DNA of 64,000 nt from Octopus vulgaris (GCA_951406725.2 OX597818.1:130944001-131008000); one strand, 5' to 3'; counted from the first letter of the stretch, positions 40,990 to 56,066 are shown. Program-made: numbers and translations. Notes: generated by a model not told the origin, from the sequence alone.

Positions 40990-41576
40990 TATAATTATAA
41001 AAGATGTTTCTTTAATTAAGAAGCTTGCTTTGCAACCAGGTAGTCTTTTCCGTTTTACTGTATGGTATTTTGGGCAAGTGTCTTTGACTATTGCCTCAAG
41101 ATGACCAATGCCTCATGAGTGGAATTGTTAGAAATAAACTGCATGAAGCTGTTGCAGGTTAAATCCAGAAAATCATTGGCTGCATGAGATTATCTCCCTT
41201 CCTCATTCAGCTCCAATTACAATTGCAGCTGTGTAGTCACACGGCAAAACTGTTGGACATTAATTCCACACAGAGCTTATGAGAAAGAACAGTTCCACCA
41301 TCACATTGTTATAGGGTCTGGAAATCTAAAGAGGGACCCTCACAAATTTTTGACAGGCTTGGAAGATCCATCCCCTTTCAGGGTAGGAGGGATAGTGAGC
41401 AGAAAGCATCTTTCTGACTTGAAAAATTTTTCTCAGAGGCACACACCAAATTTTTGACCTCAGTCACTCATCAAACTGGCAGACATTAGTCACGCACCAA
41501 ACTCCCGGACCTCAATCACATGACCCATATTTTATTCTATTTTCACTGTTTTGAGTTCATCACCAATTAAAATACC

Positions 41577-41807
41577 TATTTCTTTATTACCCACAAGGGG
41601 CTAAACATAGAGGGGACAAACAAGGACAGACATAGGTATTAAGTCGATTACATCGACTCCAGTGTGTAACTGGTACTTAATTTATTGACCCCGAAAGGGT
41701 GAAAGGCAAAGTCGACCTCGGTGGAATTTGAACTCAGAACGTAACAGCAGACGAAATACCGCTAAGCATTTCGCCCGGCGTGCTAACGTTTCTGCCAGCT
41801 CACCGCC
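41577..41807 (-). mobile_element. SINE family B with 14-bp TSD
   Basis: ccaattaaaatacc at 41563-41576 and 41806-41819. Confidence 0.9.
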
Positions 41808-41877
41808 AATTAAAATACCATGGACCTGTATGTTTGACTGTGGTTTTGGAATTCATCCACCCTTAGGTCTATCCACA

Positions 41878-42182
41878 GTTGTTTGTTTCTTCTCAAGCCA
41901 TGCCTGGCTCATAACGGCCAGTTTCCTGGTTTCATTGGCGTATAGGTTCCCAACCTGGATTAAACACCGGTCCGTCAAAAGTGAGCTGCTAGATGCAGGA
42001 GGAAAGAGTGAGAGAAACTTGTAGCAAAAGAGTCAGCAGAAGTCTGCCATTACCTTCTGCTGGAGCCACATGGAACTTAGGTGTTTTACTCATAAACATA
42101 CATTTTGCCCGGTCTGAGGTTCAAACTTGTGATCTCTCGACTGTGAGTCCACTGCTCTAACCATTAGGCCGTGTGCCTCCAC
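41878..42182 (-). mobile_element. SINE with family D head and core but an E-like tail
   Basis: The head and aaaacacctaag...ctctcactct core match 37441. The tail ccaggaaactggccgttatgagccaggcatgg matches the 35838 copy. Confidence 0.7.
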
Positions 42183-42366
42183 CTATCTACAATGGTCATT
42201 CATATTTTCCCAATGAGCATTCATATTGTAAATCACTGTTTCTCAATTATCTTTTACTTATGGACCCCTTTTGATTCCTGTTTTACTCGTGTGGACCCTC
42301 ATAGCTATTCAGTGTTAAAAAAAAAATCATGTATTTTTATAATTAAATATTATTAGCAATTGTATA

Positions 42367-42583
42367 CTCTTTTACTCTTTTTACTCTTTTACTTGTTTCA
42401 GTCATTTGACTGTGGCCCTGCTGGAGCACTGCCTTTAGTCAAAGAAATTGACCCCAGGACTTATTCTTTGTAAGCCTAGTACTTATTCTATTGGTCTCTT
42501 TTGCCAAACCACTAAGTTACAGGGATGTAAACACACCAGCATCAGTTGTCAAGCGATGTTGGAGGACAAACACAGATAAACAA

Positions 42584-42614
<31 letters not shown>

Positions 42615-42763
42615 TGATGGGCTTCTTTCAGTTCCATCTAAAAAGCCACTCACAAGGCTTTGGTCAGCTTGAGGCTATAGTAGAAGACACTTGCCCAAGG
42701 TGCCATGCAGTGGGAGTGAACCTGGACCCATACGGTTGGTAAGCAAACTAGTTACCACACAGC
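42367..42763 (-). mobile_element. SINE family A
   Basis: Tail and head motifs as in other A copies. Confidence 0.85.
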
Positions 42764-42789
42764 CTATATATATAGTGGTTGTCTACTCC

Positions 42790-43210
42790 TTATGCAGAGT
42801 CTGATCACTACTTGTACCTACACCTTAGAACCATCATGGCATCTGATGTGTTTCTTTTTTAAACCAGACATTTTGAAAAGACACCCACATAGATTGCGTA
42901 TCCAATTTGAAGCACCAAGTTCTGTTAAGTCCTGATCTTTGAGGATCTTAAAATGTCTTTTGAAGCCTCCATTAGATTTGCAGAACCTCTTGCACACATT
43001 GCATTGAAAGGTGTGCACAGACATATAGGTAGAATAGTTGCTGTAAGTTCATTTTCCTTGGGCTCACAAATGAGATTTGAAAGGCATGGTCTGTCACAAA
43101 TTGTGCACACAAAAAGGGTCATTGCGATTGAGCTTCTTGATCATAACATTCTTCTTTAAATCTCTCGAGTCTTGCATGTGTTATTCTGGCTGCTTCAAAT
43201 GCTTCCACTC
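42790..43210 (-). mobile_element. Decayed RTE-BovB-like LINE C-terminus with C2H2-like motifs
   Basis: VEAFEAARITHAR, FVCTICDRPCLSN and FQCNVCKRFCKSNGGFKRH in broken frames. Confidence 0.6.
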
Positions 43211-44278
43211 CACTAAACACTGGGCTTCTTTTAGATTTCTGTCTACCAAATCCACTCAGGACTTTGCCCAGCCTTGTTCAGTGGGACTGAACCCAGAACA
43301 ATATGGTTGGGAAGCAAGCTTCTTACCACTCAGTCACGCCCGCGCCTATGCTTTAGAAGCATATTTTAAGAAAACTTGTAACAGTAAATAATAGTAGTTT
43401 TTATCTTGACTGAGATCATTTAATGTCATCCAAAGAATTATACTGAAACTTAAGAATTTAATAGCTTTGATAGTTTGACAGTTCTTGGACACTTGCAATT
43501 ATTCCCAGACATATAACAAGTATTATTCATGAGATGGAGAGGGAGTCGCATCTTAATTTTAACCCCCTCACAATAAAACAGAAAATGAAAAAGCTAAAGA
43601 AGGAATTTTTATTGTTTCCCATACGTCGCAGGACATGTTTATGTGTATGTACACTAAGGAAAATAGAAACAAATAAACTCATAGACACACAATCACATAC
43701 GTAAACACACACACACGTGTTTATATACATATATTAATATATATATATATATACATACATAAATACATACATACATATATATATCAATATATACATAGAC
43801 ACACATATGTATATATATGTGTGTGTGTGTGTACAATAGTATATATGCATATATTCATAATCATACAGATGTATAAACAAAATCTTTACCCAAAATTTAT
43901 ATATATAGATATAGGAGGAGAGAGAAAGAAGGAGGGAGAAAGAGAAAGTGAGGAAAAGTAAGAAAGAAAGGAGAGAGAAAAATGCATGGATATAGACTTA
44001 CATACAAACACATATACACACATGAACACGTATCTATACATGCATACAACTTCTTCAGTGTTGCATTTTATAGGTCTCTTTTGACTTAAAAATTTAATAT
44101 AAAGTGGTCCAGGCAAATTTAATAGAATGATGTCCAAAATGTAACAACAGCAATACATATACATATATATACACACACACACATACATGAAGATATATGT
44201 ATATGTGTGTGTGTATATATATATATATAAAAGATATATATACATACATATATATGTATATATATATATATATAAAAG

Positions 44279-44324
<46 letters not shown>

Positions 44325-44325
44325 T

Positions 44326-44392
<67 letters not shown>

Positions 44393-44542
44393 CATACACA
44401 CACTGAAGTATTTCATGATTACCCTTTATTTTTTGCTAAATTTCATTTATTTTTCACTCTAATTTTTTTTTACAATATTTTGCAAAGTGTAATGTAGGAG
44501 TTATTTTTATTAGTAATAAACAAAATATTATTACTGTTACTA

Positions 44543-44594
<52 letters not shown>

Positions 44595-44608
44595 TGTCAT
44601 CATCATCT

Positions 44609-44645
<37 letters not shown>

Positions 44646-44863
44646 TAGTAGTAGTACATATTCCTCTTGATATAAAAGTTTATTTCATTTTCACATATTG
44701 CAATTTGTATGTGGATTTGATTGAGTGCATTTCATGCATTTTTAGTTCTGTATATATGGGTAAGTGTATGCATGTGTGTGTCTGTGTGTGTGCCTGCATG
44801 CACATACAAATATGTTTATGTGTGTGTGTATATGTGTGTGTATGTGTGTGTAAACATATATGA

Positions 44864-44925
<62 letters not shown>

Positions 44926-46529
44926 ATGTTTGTGCATGTGAGTGTATGCCTACATGCAGAATATAGGTGTGTATGTTTGGAAGTTAGTGGGGGAAGGGAA
45001 TGCAAATGAGAAGAGAAGGAAACGGACAGCTCTTGATGGTAAGGAACCTTCACTAGGATTCTTCCTTAAAAAAAAACACACACACAAAAAAACATAGACA
45101 AATATATATAATAAACGCAATAAAATAAAATACATTGACAACTGCAATATATATGTAACCATAGTAATTAAGTACGTTATCAGGGTAGAGAGGGTTGGAA
45201 ACGCAAAAATATAAAATGGAAATATAATAAGAATATAAGAGAATAAGAACATTTTACAGTTTCAGAAAAATATTTTTAATTTTATTGCATCTAACAACAT
45301 AACGTAAAATAAAACTCATCGTTCTGTTTGACTAATTTTATTTATACATCCTTTTTTGTTTATTATTTTTCTTTTAATTTTTACTTTGTTTTTTTGGTTT
45401 TTTTTTATTTGTTTTTGACATTTTTTTTGTGAGGGTGGGTGTTGGGAGGAACCTTTGAGTCAAGTCATCAAGATTACAAACATTGAAAATTAAATCTTCT
45501 CCCCCCCCCCACCGACTCTGTAGCCCACCCCGGGCCCTAAACAACATCAGGGACAACAGAGCAACACCAGTAATGATAACATCATCGACATAAGTTTTGT
45601 TATTGCACACAAGTTAATTGGTCCTGATCTTTATTTTTTTTGTTTTGTTCCATTATCTCACATTAGCATTTTCTCCTCTTCTCTTCTTCTTCTTCAGTAT
45701 CCTCTCCTCCTCCTCATCCGGTGGTATTACCCAGAACTGTAAAGGGGTAACAATATCTGTTCAGTACTCTGAAATTCAGGCATGTCTTTATGTTCAATTT
45801 TTTGTCATTTATCCTCGCCCTTTCCTGCCCTTTAAGTAATTACAATGTCCCCTTACAAAAAGGGGTGTTGACACCCAGCTGGGTAACCACTTCACTAAAT
45901 ATTGAGTTAAATGAGGTATGTCATGTCTGAAATAATACACGTACGAGCTACTCATATACTTGTAAATGGTTCATAAATTACTTCTGTGTAAATGAGTCCT
46001 TTCTGAGTAAAAGCAATTGAGAGAGCTCCTCTTTTTTTTCTTTGGTTAATAAACATGTTCACACTTCTGACAGAAATGTCTGTGTAACAAGTTTAACACA
46101 AAACAGGTTGTTGCTCATCACTTGTCTAGATGTAGCTCAGAATCAAACTCAGAGATTACATCCCATATGAAGGTGAACCTAGACTGTTCCTCACCTTTCC
46201 ACTGATTGAGTAATTACTCTAATTGACTCTCCCGATCCATAAAAATGGTTCAATTCATTGCAATATGCTAATGACCCTCTTAGTAATGGTTTCAAATTTT
46301 TTTGCACGAGGCCAGCAATGTTTGGAAGGGGATAATCCGATTACATCAACTCAAGTGTTCAACTGGTACTTATTTTAACTGACTCCAAAAAGACGAATTG
46401 GCAAAGTGGCCCACAGTGACATTTGAGCTCAAAATGTATAGATGGACGAGATGTCAGATAGCATTGCCTAGTGTGCTAACAATTGTACCAACTCACCACC
46501 TTAAAGACCCTCTTAATAATGCTTACTGA

Positions 46530-46948
46530 GACATGTTCTTCTTTCCCTGAGCACCGTGCTAGTAGGGTGCAAAGAGTACCATCTGAGCGTGATCGTTACC
46601 AGAGCGGCTAACTGGCCTTCGTGCTGGTGGCATGTAAAAGGCACCATTCAAGCATGATCGTTACCAGCATCGCCTTACTGGCACCTGTGCCGGTGGCATG
46701 TGTAAAAAGATTTGAGCGAGGTCATTGCCAATACTACCTGACTGGCCCCCGTGCCGGTGGCACGTAAAAGCACCCACTATACTCTCAGAGTGGTTGGCAT
46801 TAGGAAGGGCATCGGGCAGTAGAAACTCTGCAAGATCAAGACTGAAGCCTGGTGCAGCCATCTGTTTCGCCAGCCCTCAGTCAAATCGTCCAACCCATGC
46901 CAGCATGGAAAGCGGACGTTAAACGATGATGATGATGATAATGATGAT
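46530..46948 (+). mobile_element. Family C RTE 3'-UTR fragment
   Basis: Minisatellite units, gtggttggcattaggaagggc motif, (GAT)n tail. Confidence 0.85.
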
Positions 46949-47119
46949 GTCTCTACCTTTAAAATTTAAGTACGTTGACAATGCTGCTTGGGGAAATTAA
47001 AAGGATGTGAACCTATAACCTTTTGATTGGCTTATGGGTGGTTATCTGAACTGGTAATTCATGGTTCTGAGAAAAGACAGGAGGAAATATATATATTTTT
47101 TTTTAAATTCTAAATATGG

Positions 47120-48731
<1,612 letters not shown>

Positions 48732-48742
48732 TATATACATAC

Positions 48743-48822
<80 letters not shown>

Positions 48823-48858
48823 TTATACATATATATATATATATACATATATATATAC

Positions 48859-48891
<33 letters not shown>

Positions 48892-48928
48892 CATATATAC
48901 ATTTATATATATATAACCTTCCTTCTTC

Positions 48929-48973
<45 letters not shown>

Positions 48974-49180
48974 TAACGGACGTTAAACGATGATGATGAT
49001 GATATATATATATATATATATATACACAGACATAGACATACATATATATATATACAGACATAGACACACATATATAAACATACATATAAACACATACATA
49101 CACACACATCATCATCATCATCATCATCGTTTAACATATATATACATATACATGTACATATATATATATACATACATATT

Positions 49181-49211
<31 letters not shown>

Positions 49212-49361
49212 ATGTTTAAATATAAATATATGTAAATATGTATGCATATATATATGTATATGCATTTATATATGTATATGTATATATATATATATGTATG
49301 TATGTATATATATGTACGCATGTATATATATATATATATATACATATATATACATATATAC

Positions 49362-49398
<37 letters not shown>

Positions 49399-50019
49399 TA
49401 GAGAGAGAGAGAGAGAGAGAGATAGATAGATAAATAAAGAGAGATATACATACACATATGTGTGTGTGGCTTTGTATCTGTGTTTGTCCCCCTACCTTCA
49501 CTTGACAACCAGTGTTGGTGTGTTTACATCCCCAGAAATTTAGCAGTTCATCAAAAGAGATGGATAGAAAAAGAACTTGGCTTAAAAAGTAAGTCTTTGG
49601 GTTGATCTGTCCAGCTAAAACCCATTGAGGCAGAGCCCCAGCATGGCCACAGTCAAATGACTGACACAAGTAAAAGATAAAAGGTTAAAGTTACACAGAA
49701 GCTTTCTTTCACTACTTTGATTTTTAAGACAAAAAATATATAATATGCCCTTCTTAGGAGTACATTTGAAAAGCCATATAAGGATTTGATCCTTTAGCAG
49801 TCATGTCGAGTGGAATGCTTATTGACTCACATTGTTTCGAAGCAATCATGCATTATTTGATAGTTTGGGAGTTTCAATGATGTGATTGTCTATCTTTAGA
49901 ATGACATTGTAGGGTAGGTATGAGAGGCTGGATATGGCTCATTTGAGCATAAAACATGTAGAATATTTAGACCAGATCTGGTTAGATCAAATGCTGAAAT
50001 GTTTAACCCATTCACAACC

Positions 50020-50396
50020 ATATGGTTCCGGGTTCAGTCCCACTGCGTGGCACCTTCGGTAAGTGTCTTCTACTATAGCCTCGGGCCGACCAAAGCCTTG
50101 TGAGTGGATTTGGTAGACGGAAACTGAAAGAAGCCTGTCGTATATATGTATATATATATGTATATGTGTGTGTGTGTGTGTTTGTGTGTCTGTGTTTGTC
50201 CCCCTAGCATTGCTTGACAACCGATGCTGGTGTGTTTACGTCCCCGTCACTTAGCGGTTCGGTAAAAGCGACCGATAGAATAAGTACTGGGCTTACAAAG
50301 AATAAGTCCCGGGGTCGATTTGCTCGACTAAAGGCGGTGCTCCAGCATGGCCGCAGTCAAATGACTGACTGAAACAAGTAAAAGAGTAAAAGAGTA
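50020..50396 (+). mobile_element. Young SINE family A, slightly 5'-truncated
   Basis: CpG-rich near-consensus copy with (taaaagag)n tail. Confidence 0.9.
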
Positions 50397-50902
50397 TAAA
50401 TATCATAAAGCCAAATAAGGAATTGCCTCACAAGGTTGGGATTTTATTTCCAAAGAATAGGAAATTCTTCACCAACAAAGAAGGACAAATACTTTCTAAA
50501 TGCAGAGTATTTTGATCAAGTTTCAGAGATGGAATACGTATACTAACAAGAGTACAGCATCAATGGGCATCAAACTTAATTAGTTGAGCATTCCTAAAAT
50601 AAGGAGTAAGTCATCAGTTATGCATATATGAATTAATGGGCAATGGAAACAACACAATGGAAAAAAAAGGAAAAGAAATGCTTAATAATTGAGTGAAACA
50701 AACTGTACAGCACCTTTGATAATTCTGTTCCTATTTGAGAAACTAAAGTAAAAAAAAAAAAATAATAAGATGTAAAAATATCTGTTTTGTGTTTGTTTCT
50801 AAACAAGATGTACAATGGATAATATTCTAATTTTCCAATTAGTGCAAATACACACATATAGATACAGATACAGACTCACTCACATAAGCACATACATACA
50901 TA

Positions 50903-50948
<46 letters not shown>

Positions 50949-51036
50949 ATACAATCAATCACACATGCATAGTTACTATGTGATTAAGCATGTGGATATG
51001 TAAATATAGATGTGCATGTATATGCATGTGTGGCTG

Positions 51037-51069
<33 letters not shown>

Positions 51070-51254
51070 ATATTCATACATATATGTATATTTATATCTA
51101 TATATGTATGTATGTATATATACATATGTATATATATATGCATGTATGTATATGTATATATATATACATATATATATATAGACGTATATATATATATATG
51201 TATATATATATAGATGTATATATTTATGTATTAATGTATATATATATTTATATA

Positions 51255-51308
<54 letters not shown>

Positions 51309-51859
51309 TCATATATATATAAAATATTTACATATTTATATATAAATATTCATGTATGAACATGCACACAAATACTTACAAACACAAACATACCACAATC
51401 ATGTAAGCTACGTACGTGCCGATATAAACAAGAAAAATTTACAGCTCATTAACCAGTTAATTAATTTATAAATATATAGATATGAATAACGCTCTCTCAC
51501 ACTCCCACACACAAACACACGCTCACACACACACACATACATGCATGCAACAACAACAACAACTACAACAGCAACAGCAACAATTCCAAAAGCAATGGTG
51601 AAATTCCTATTAATCTAAATCAGTTATAGACATCGGCATCAGATCTTTTATCTCACTCCAGACTTCTTGTAATTACTCTGACAAACTTCATTGTTTATTA
51701 TCAGATACTGTGACTTACAATGTATATCCACACCAGCAGATTATATATATATATATACATATGTGTGTTTGTGCATTTATGAACTTATATATATTTATGT
51801 ATATACACATAATTACTTTATTTGATAATCTAGTTCGTAATGTTTATATGCACGCATGT

Positions 51860-52536
51860 AAGCCTCGACTGGCTTCTATGCCGGTGGCACATAAAAAGCA
51901 CCATCTGAACGTGGCTGATGCCAGCGCCGCCTCGACTGGCTTCTGTGCTGGTGGCACATAAAAAGCACCATCCAAACGTGGCCGATGCCAGCGCCGCCTT
52001 GACTGGCTTCTGTGCTGGTGGCACATAAAAAGCACCATCCGAACGTGGCCGATGCCAGCGCTGCCTCAACTGGCTTCTGTGCTGGTGGCACATAAAAAGC
52101 ACCATCCGAACGTGGCCGATGCCAGCGCAACCTGGACTGGCTTCCGTGCCGGTGGCACAGAAAAAGCACCTTCCGAATGTGGTTGATGCCAGCGCCGCCT
52201 CGACTGGCTTCTGTGCTGGTGGCACATAAAAAGCACCATCCGAACGTGGCCGATGCCAGTGCCGCCTTGTCTGGCTTCCGTGCCGGTGGCATGTTAAAAG
52301 CACCAACCAATCGTGGCCGACGCCAGACTACCCTGGCACCTGTGCTGGTGGCACGTAAAAAGCACCCACTACACTCGCGGAGTGGTTGGCGTTAGGAAAG
52401 GCATCCAGCTGTAGAAACACTGCCAGATCAGACTGGAGCCTGGTGCAGTCCTTGGCTTCCCAGACCCCGGTTGAACCATCCAACCTGTGCTAGCGCGGAA
52501 AACGGACGTTAAACAATGATGATGATGATGATGATG
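51860..52536 (+). mobile_element. Family C RTE 3'-UTR with 7-8 units of a 60-bp minisatellite, flanked by a 60-bp duplication
   Basis: Unit gactggcttctgtgctggtggcacataaaaagcaccatccgaacgtggccgatgccagcgccgcctc. 51800-51859 is identical to 52549-52608. Confidence 0.9.
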
Positions 52537-52941
52537 AATATATATATATATATACACATAATTACTTTATTTGATAATCTAGTTCGTAATGTTTATATGC
52601 ACGCATGTGCTTTTATTTATAAAGCGCAGCACAGGCATGTCTGTGTGGTAAGAAGTTTGCTACTGCACCACATGGTTCCAGATTCAGCCCCACTGCATGG
52701 CACCTTGGGTAAGTGTTTTCTATTACAGCCTTGGGCTGACGAAGTCTAGAGGACAGAAGCTGAAAAGAATCTGTCATATATATATATGAATGTATGTGTG
52801 TATGTGTGTATATGTATATATATATATATGTATATAATCAAAATAAGCAACAAGGATATCCAGAGGTAATGCAGTACGATCGTTTCATGCGACTCCGGTG
52901 CCTTTACCATATGCAACTGAATCTAAATTCTACTGAACTTA

Positions 52942-53003
<62 letters not shown>

Positions 53004-53127
53004 GATAGATAGATAGATAGATATAGATATATATGTATATGTGGTCTAATGGCTGAAATGAGTCAAGCATAAAAGATAACAGATATACACACATATGTAT
53101 GTGTATATACATACACACACACACACA

Positions 53128-53170
<43 letters not shown>

Positions 53171-53187
53171 ATATATAGAACGCCATG

Positions 53188-53378
53188 CTGGATCGTTAGC
53201 CCCTACACGCAATTTTTTTCTCTCCTTGTTTCTTTTCTGTGTATCTTTCTGTCAAAGAGCGTAGGCTCGAAACATAAAAGACTTGTTTTATTTCTATTCC
53301 TGAGCGCCATACTAATACATTTGTTTGTTTGTACTCCACCTGCCTTCGTCTTTTGTTTATTTTCGTAACCCTTCCCGT
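53188..53378 (+). mobile_element. Family H2 element with hammerhead-like motif at 53244-53281
   Basis: tcttt-ctgtcaaa-gagc gtag gctc-gaaacata-aaaga, embedded in (TA)/(TCTA)n. Confidence 0.6.
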
Positions 53379-53408
53379 TATATATCTATCTATATATGTA
53401 TACATACA

Positions 53409-53480
<72 letters not shown>

Positions 53481-53579
53481 GAGAGAGAGAGGTGGGGTAA
53501 CCAATCACAGTCAGTGACAAAAACAGAGAGATAAGTAGATCGGTAAATCCATTTAGATATGTAAAAACACAGAGTCCCC

Positions 53580-53885
53580 ATTGGTGCAATGACAACTCAG
53601 TGTATACATTGTAAAACAAGGAAGTGGCCTGGAGAGACACCAGCACTGTGCTGCAGTGCTGCAAAGGTTAAACTCCCTGCAATCCTCTAACTTCCAGAGA
53701 CATTGAAGAAAAACTGTTGCCATCAAATGACCATGATTCCAAGCACTTCCAAAATAAAATTTGGCAATACAATGCTGCTCTACAGATGACATCATTTGGA
53801 GCCACAAGAGATTTAGCTGAGCCAGGATTCATGCAAACTTTCAAGATTCAAGATCAGATTTATCATCAGAATTGGCTCTTCACTA
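53580..53885 (+). pseudogene. Helitron RepHel N-terminal coding fragment (stop plus frameshifts)
   Basis: IGAMTTQCIHCKTRKWPGETPALCCSAAKVKLP* then SKHFQNKIWQYNAALQMTSFGAT...GFMQTFKIQDQIYH matches the Helitron C..C...CC..GKV, YN..FQMTSFG and FK.QGQ.YH motifs. Confidence 0.85.
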
Positions 53886-54190
53886 GCTATGTCAAATGAC
53901 TTACCAAAATCGGCCTTTCATTGTTTATAATCTGTACCTGTGATTTGGTTATGAAATAAGCTACACAAAACATGTTTTTGAATTACGTGTATTTACTTTA
54001 TATACATATATGTGTTGAAAACTTTCTTTTAACATTTCACTTAACGTCTATGATCCATGCTGGCATGGGTTAGAAAGTTATTAATGTGGAGAGTTGGTAT
54101 CTCGGCTACTAGCAGTTGAAAGCTACGTAATCTAGACAGTGTCTTTAAATTTCATTTTTCTCTTTAACCTGGGCAACTCTGGGTATACCT

Positions 54191-54417
54191 ATTTCTTTAT
54201 TACCCACAAGGGGCTAAACATAGAGGGGACAAACAAGGACAAACATAGGTATTAAGTCGATTACATCGACCCCAGTGCGGAACTGGTACTTAATTTATTG
54301 ACCCTGAATGGATGAAAGGCAAAGTCAACCTCGGCGGAATTTGAACTCACAACGTAACGACAGATGAGATACCGCTAAGCATTTCATCCGGCGTGCTAAC
54401 GTTTCTGCCAGCTCGCC
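54191..54417 (-). mobile_element. SINE family B with 12-bp TSD, inserted in a Helitron 3' terminus
   Basis: ctgggtatacct at 54179-54190 and 54417-54428. The reconstructed target is cctgggcaactctgggtatacctgCTAG|T. Confidence 0.9.
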
Positions 54418-54446
54418 TGGGTATACCTGCTAGTAAATACATATAC

Positions 54447-54503
<57 letters not shown>

Positions 54504-54509
54504 CACACA

Positions 54510-55380
54510 TCATCATCACCATCATCATTTAACGTCCGCTTTCCATGCTAGCATGGGTTGGACGGTTCAACTGGGGTCTGGGGAGCCCGAAAGCTGCACC
54601 AGTCCAGTCAGATCTGGCAGTGTTTCTACAGCCGGATGCCCTTTCTAACGCCAACCACTCCGAGAGTGTAGTGGGTGATTTTATGTGCCACCGACACAGG
54701 TGCCAGACGAGGCTGGCAAACGGCCACGCTCGGATGGTGTTTTTTATGTGCCACCGACACAGGTGCCAGACGAGGCTGGCAGACGGCCACGCTCGGATGG
54801 TGTTTTTATGTGCCACCGACACAGGTGCCAGATGAGGCTGGCAAACGGCCACGATCGGATGGTGTTTGTTACGTGCCCACAGCACGGAGGCCAGTCGATG
54901 CGGTACTGGCTACGGCCACGTTCGGATGGTTTTCTTGTGTGCCACGTGCCACCGGCACTGGTACCACAAAGATACAAATTCCATTGATGTTCATCTATTT
55001 TGATTTGTTTTGATTTTCACTTGCCTCAACAGGTCTTCACAAGTGTCACAAGAAGGAAGGTATGCACAGGTGGACTGACTACGTCCCAGGTAGGGGCCAC
55101 AGGTTATGGCCTGACTAGTCTTGCCGGGTCTTCGGATGGTGTTTTTATGTGCCACCGACACAGGTGCCAGATGAGGCTGGCGAACGGCCACGATCGGATG
55201 GTGTTTGTTACGTGCCCACAGCACGGAGGCCAGTCGGTGCGGTACTGGCTACGGCCACGTTCGGATGGTTTTCTTGTGTGCCACCGGCACTGGTACCACA
55301 AAGATACAATTCCATTAATGTTCATCTATTTTGATTTGTTTTGATTTGATTTGATTTGATTTGTTTTGATTTCATTTTGA
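54510..55380 (-). mobile_element. Family C RTE 3'-UTR with internal ~215-bp duplication
   Basis: About 54793-55013 is repeated at about 55132-55344, with unique upstream UTR sequence between the two. Confidence 0.85.
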
Positions 55381-55830
55381 TATAAAAATACATATGCACA
55401 CACACACACACAAATATACATATTTCTGCTTCTGACCTGATCACTTTCACCAAGTCTTCAAAATTGTGAGTAGCTGTGTAGCTCCTCTACTTCAAGAAAC
55501 TAGCTCTGCTCTGACCACTTCTCTCACACTTTAACTCCTCTTCTCCATAGTTTAACTACACTCAGACAGAGGAGATTTTAGATCTGCAAGATTGCACGGC
55601 AATGTCACAAACATTGCTGCTATCGAAACCAAAACGAAGCAAAAACAAGCACCCAGTACATGGTATAAAATGGTTGGCATTAGAAAGGGCATCCAACCAT
55701 GGTAACCACGCAATGCAGTCCTAAGACCTATTGGATCTGGTCAAACCATCAAAACCATGCCACCAGGAAACATGGATGCTAAATGATAATGATGATGATG
55801 ATGATGTTGGTGGTGGTGATGTTGGTGGTT

Positions 55831-56066
55831 ATAAAGGCGACGAGCTGGCAGAAACGTTAGCACACCGGGCGAAATGCTTAGCGGTATTGCGTCTGTCGTT
55901 GCGTTCTGAGTTCAAATTCTGCCGAGGTCAACTTTGCCTTTCATCCTTTCGGGGTCGATAAATTAAGTACCAGTTATGCACTGGGGTTGATGTAATCGAC
56001 TTAATCCGTTTGTCTGTCCTTGTTTGTCCCCTCTATGTTTAGCCCCTTGTGGGCAATAAAGAAACA
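55831..56066 (+). mobile_element. SINE family B with 13-bp TSD
   Basis: gatgttggtggtt at 55818-55830 and 56067-56079. Confidence 0.9.

Noticed and set aside
42818-43122. C2H2 zinc-finger gene
   Set aside because: Frames are broken, there are no TGEKP linkers, and the context fits an RTE-type ORF2 C-terminus.
51862-52330. Regular 60-bp array resembling a CRISPR
   Set aside because: Whole units are repeated with no unique spacers, there are no cas genes, and it lies inside a LINE 3' UTR.
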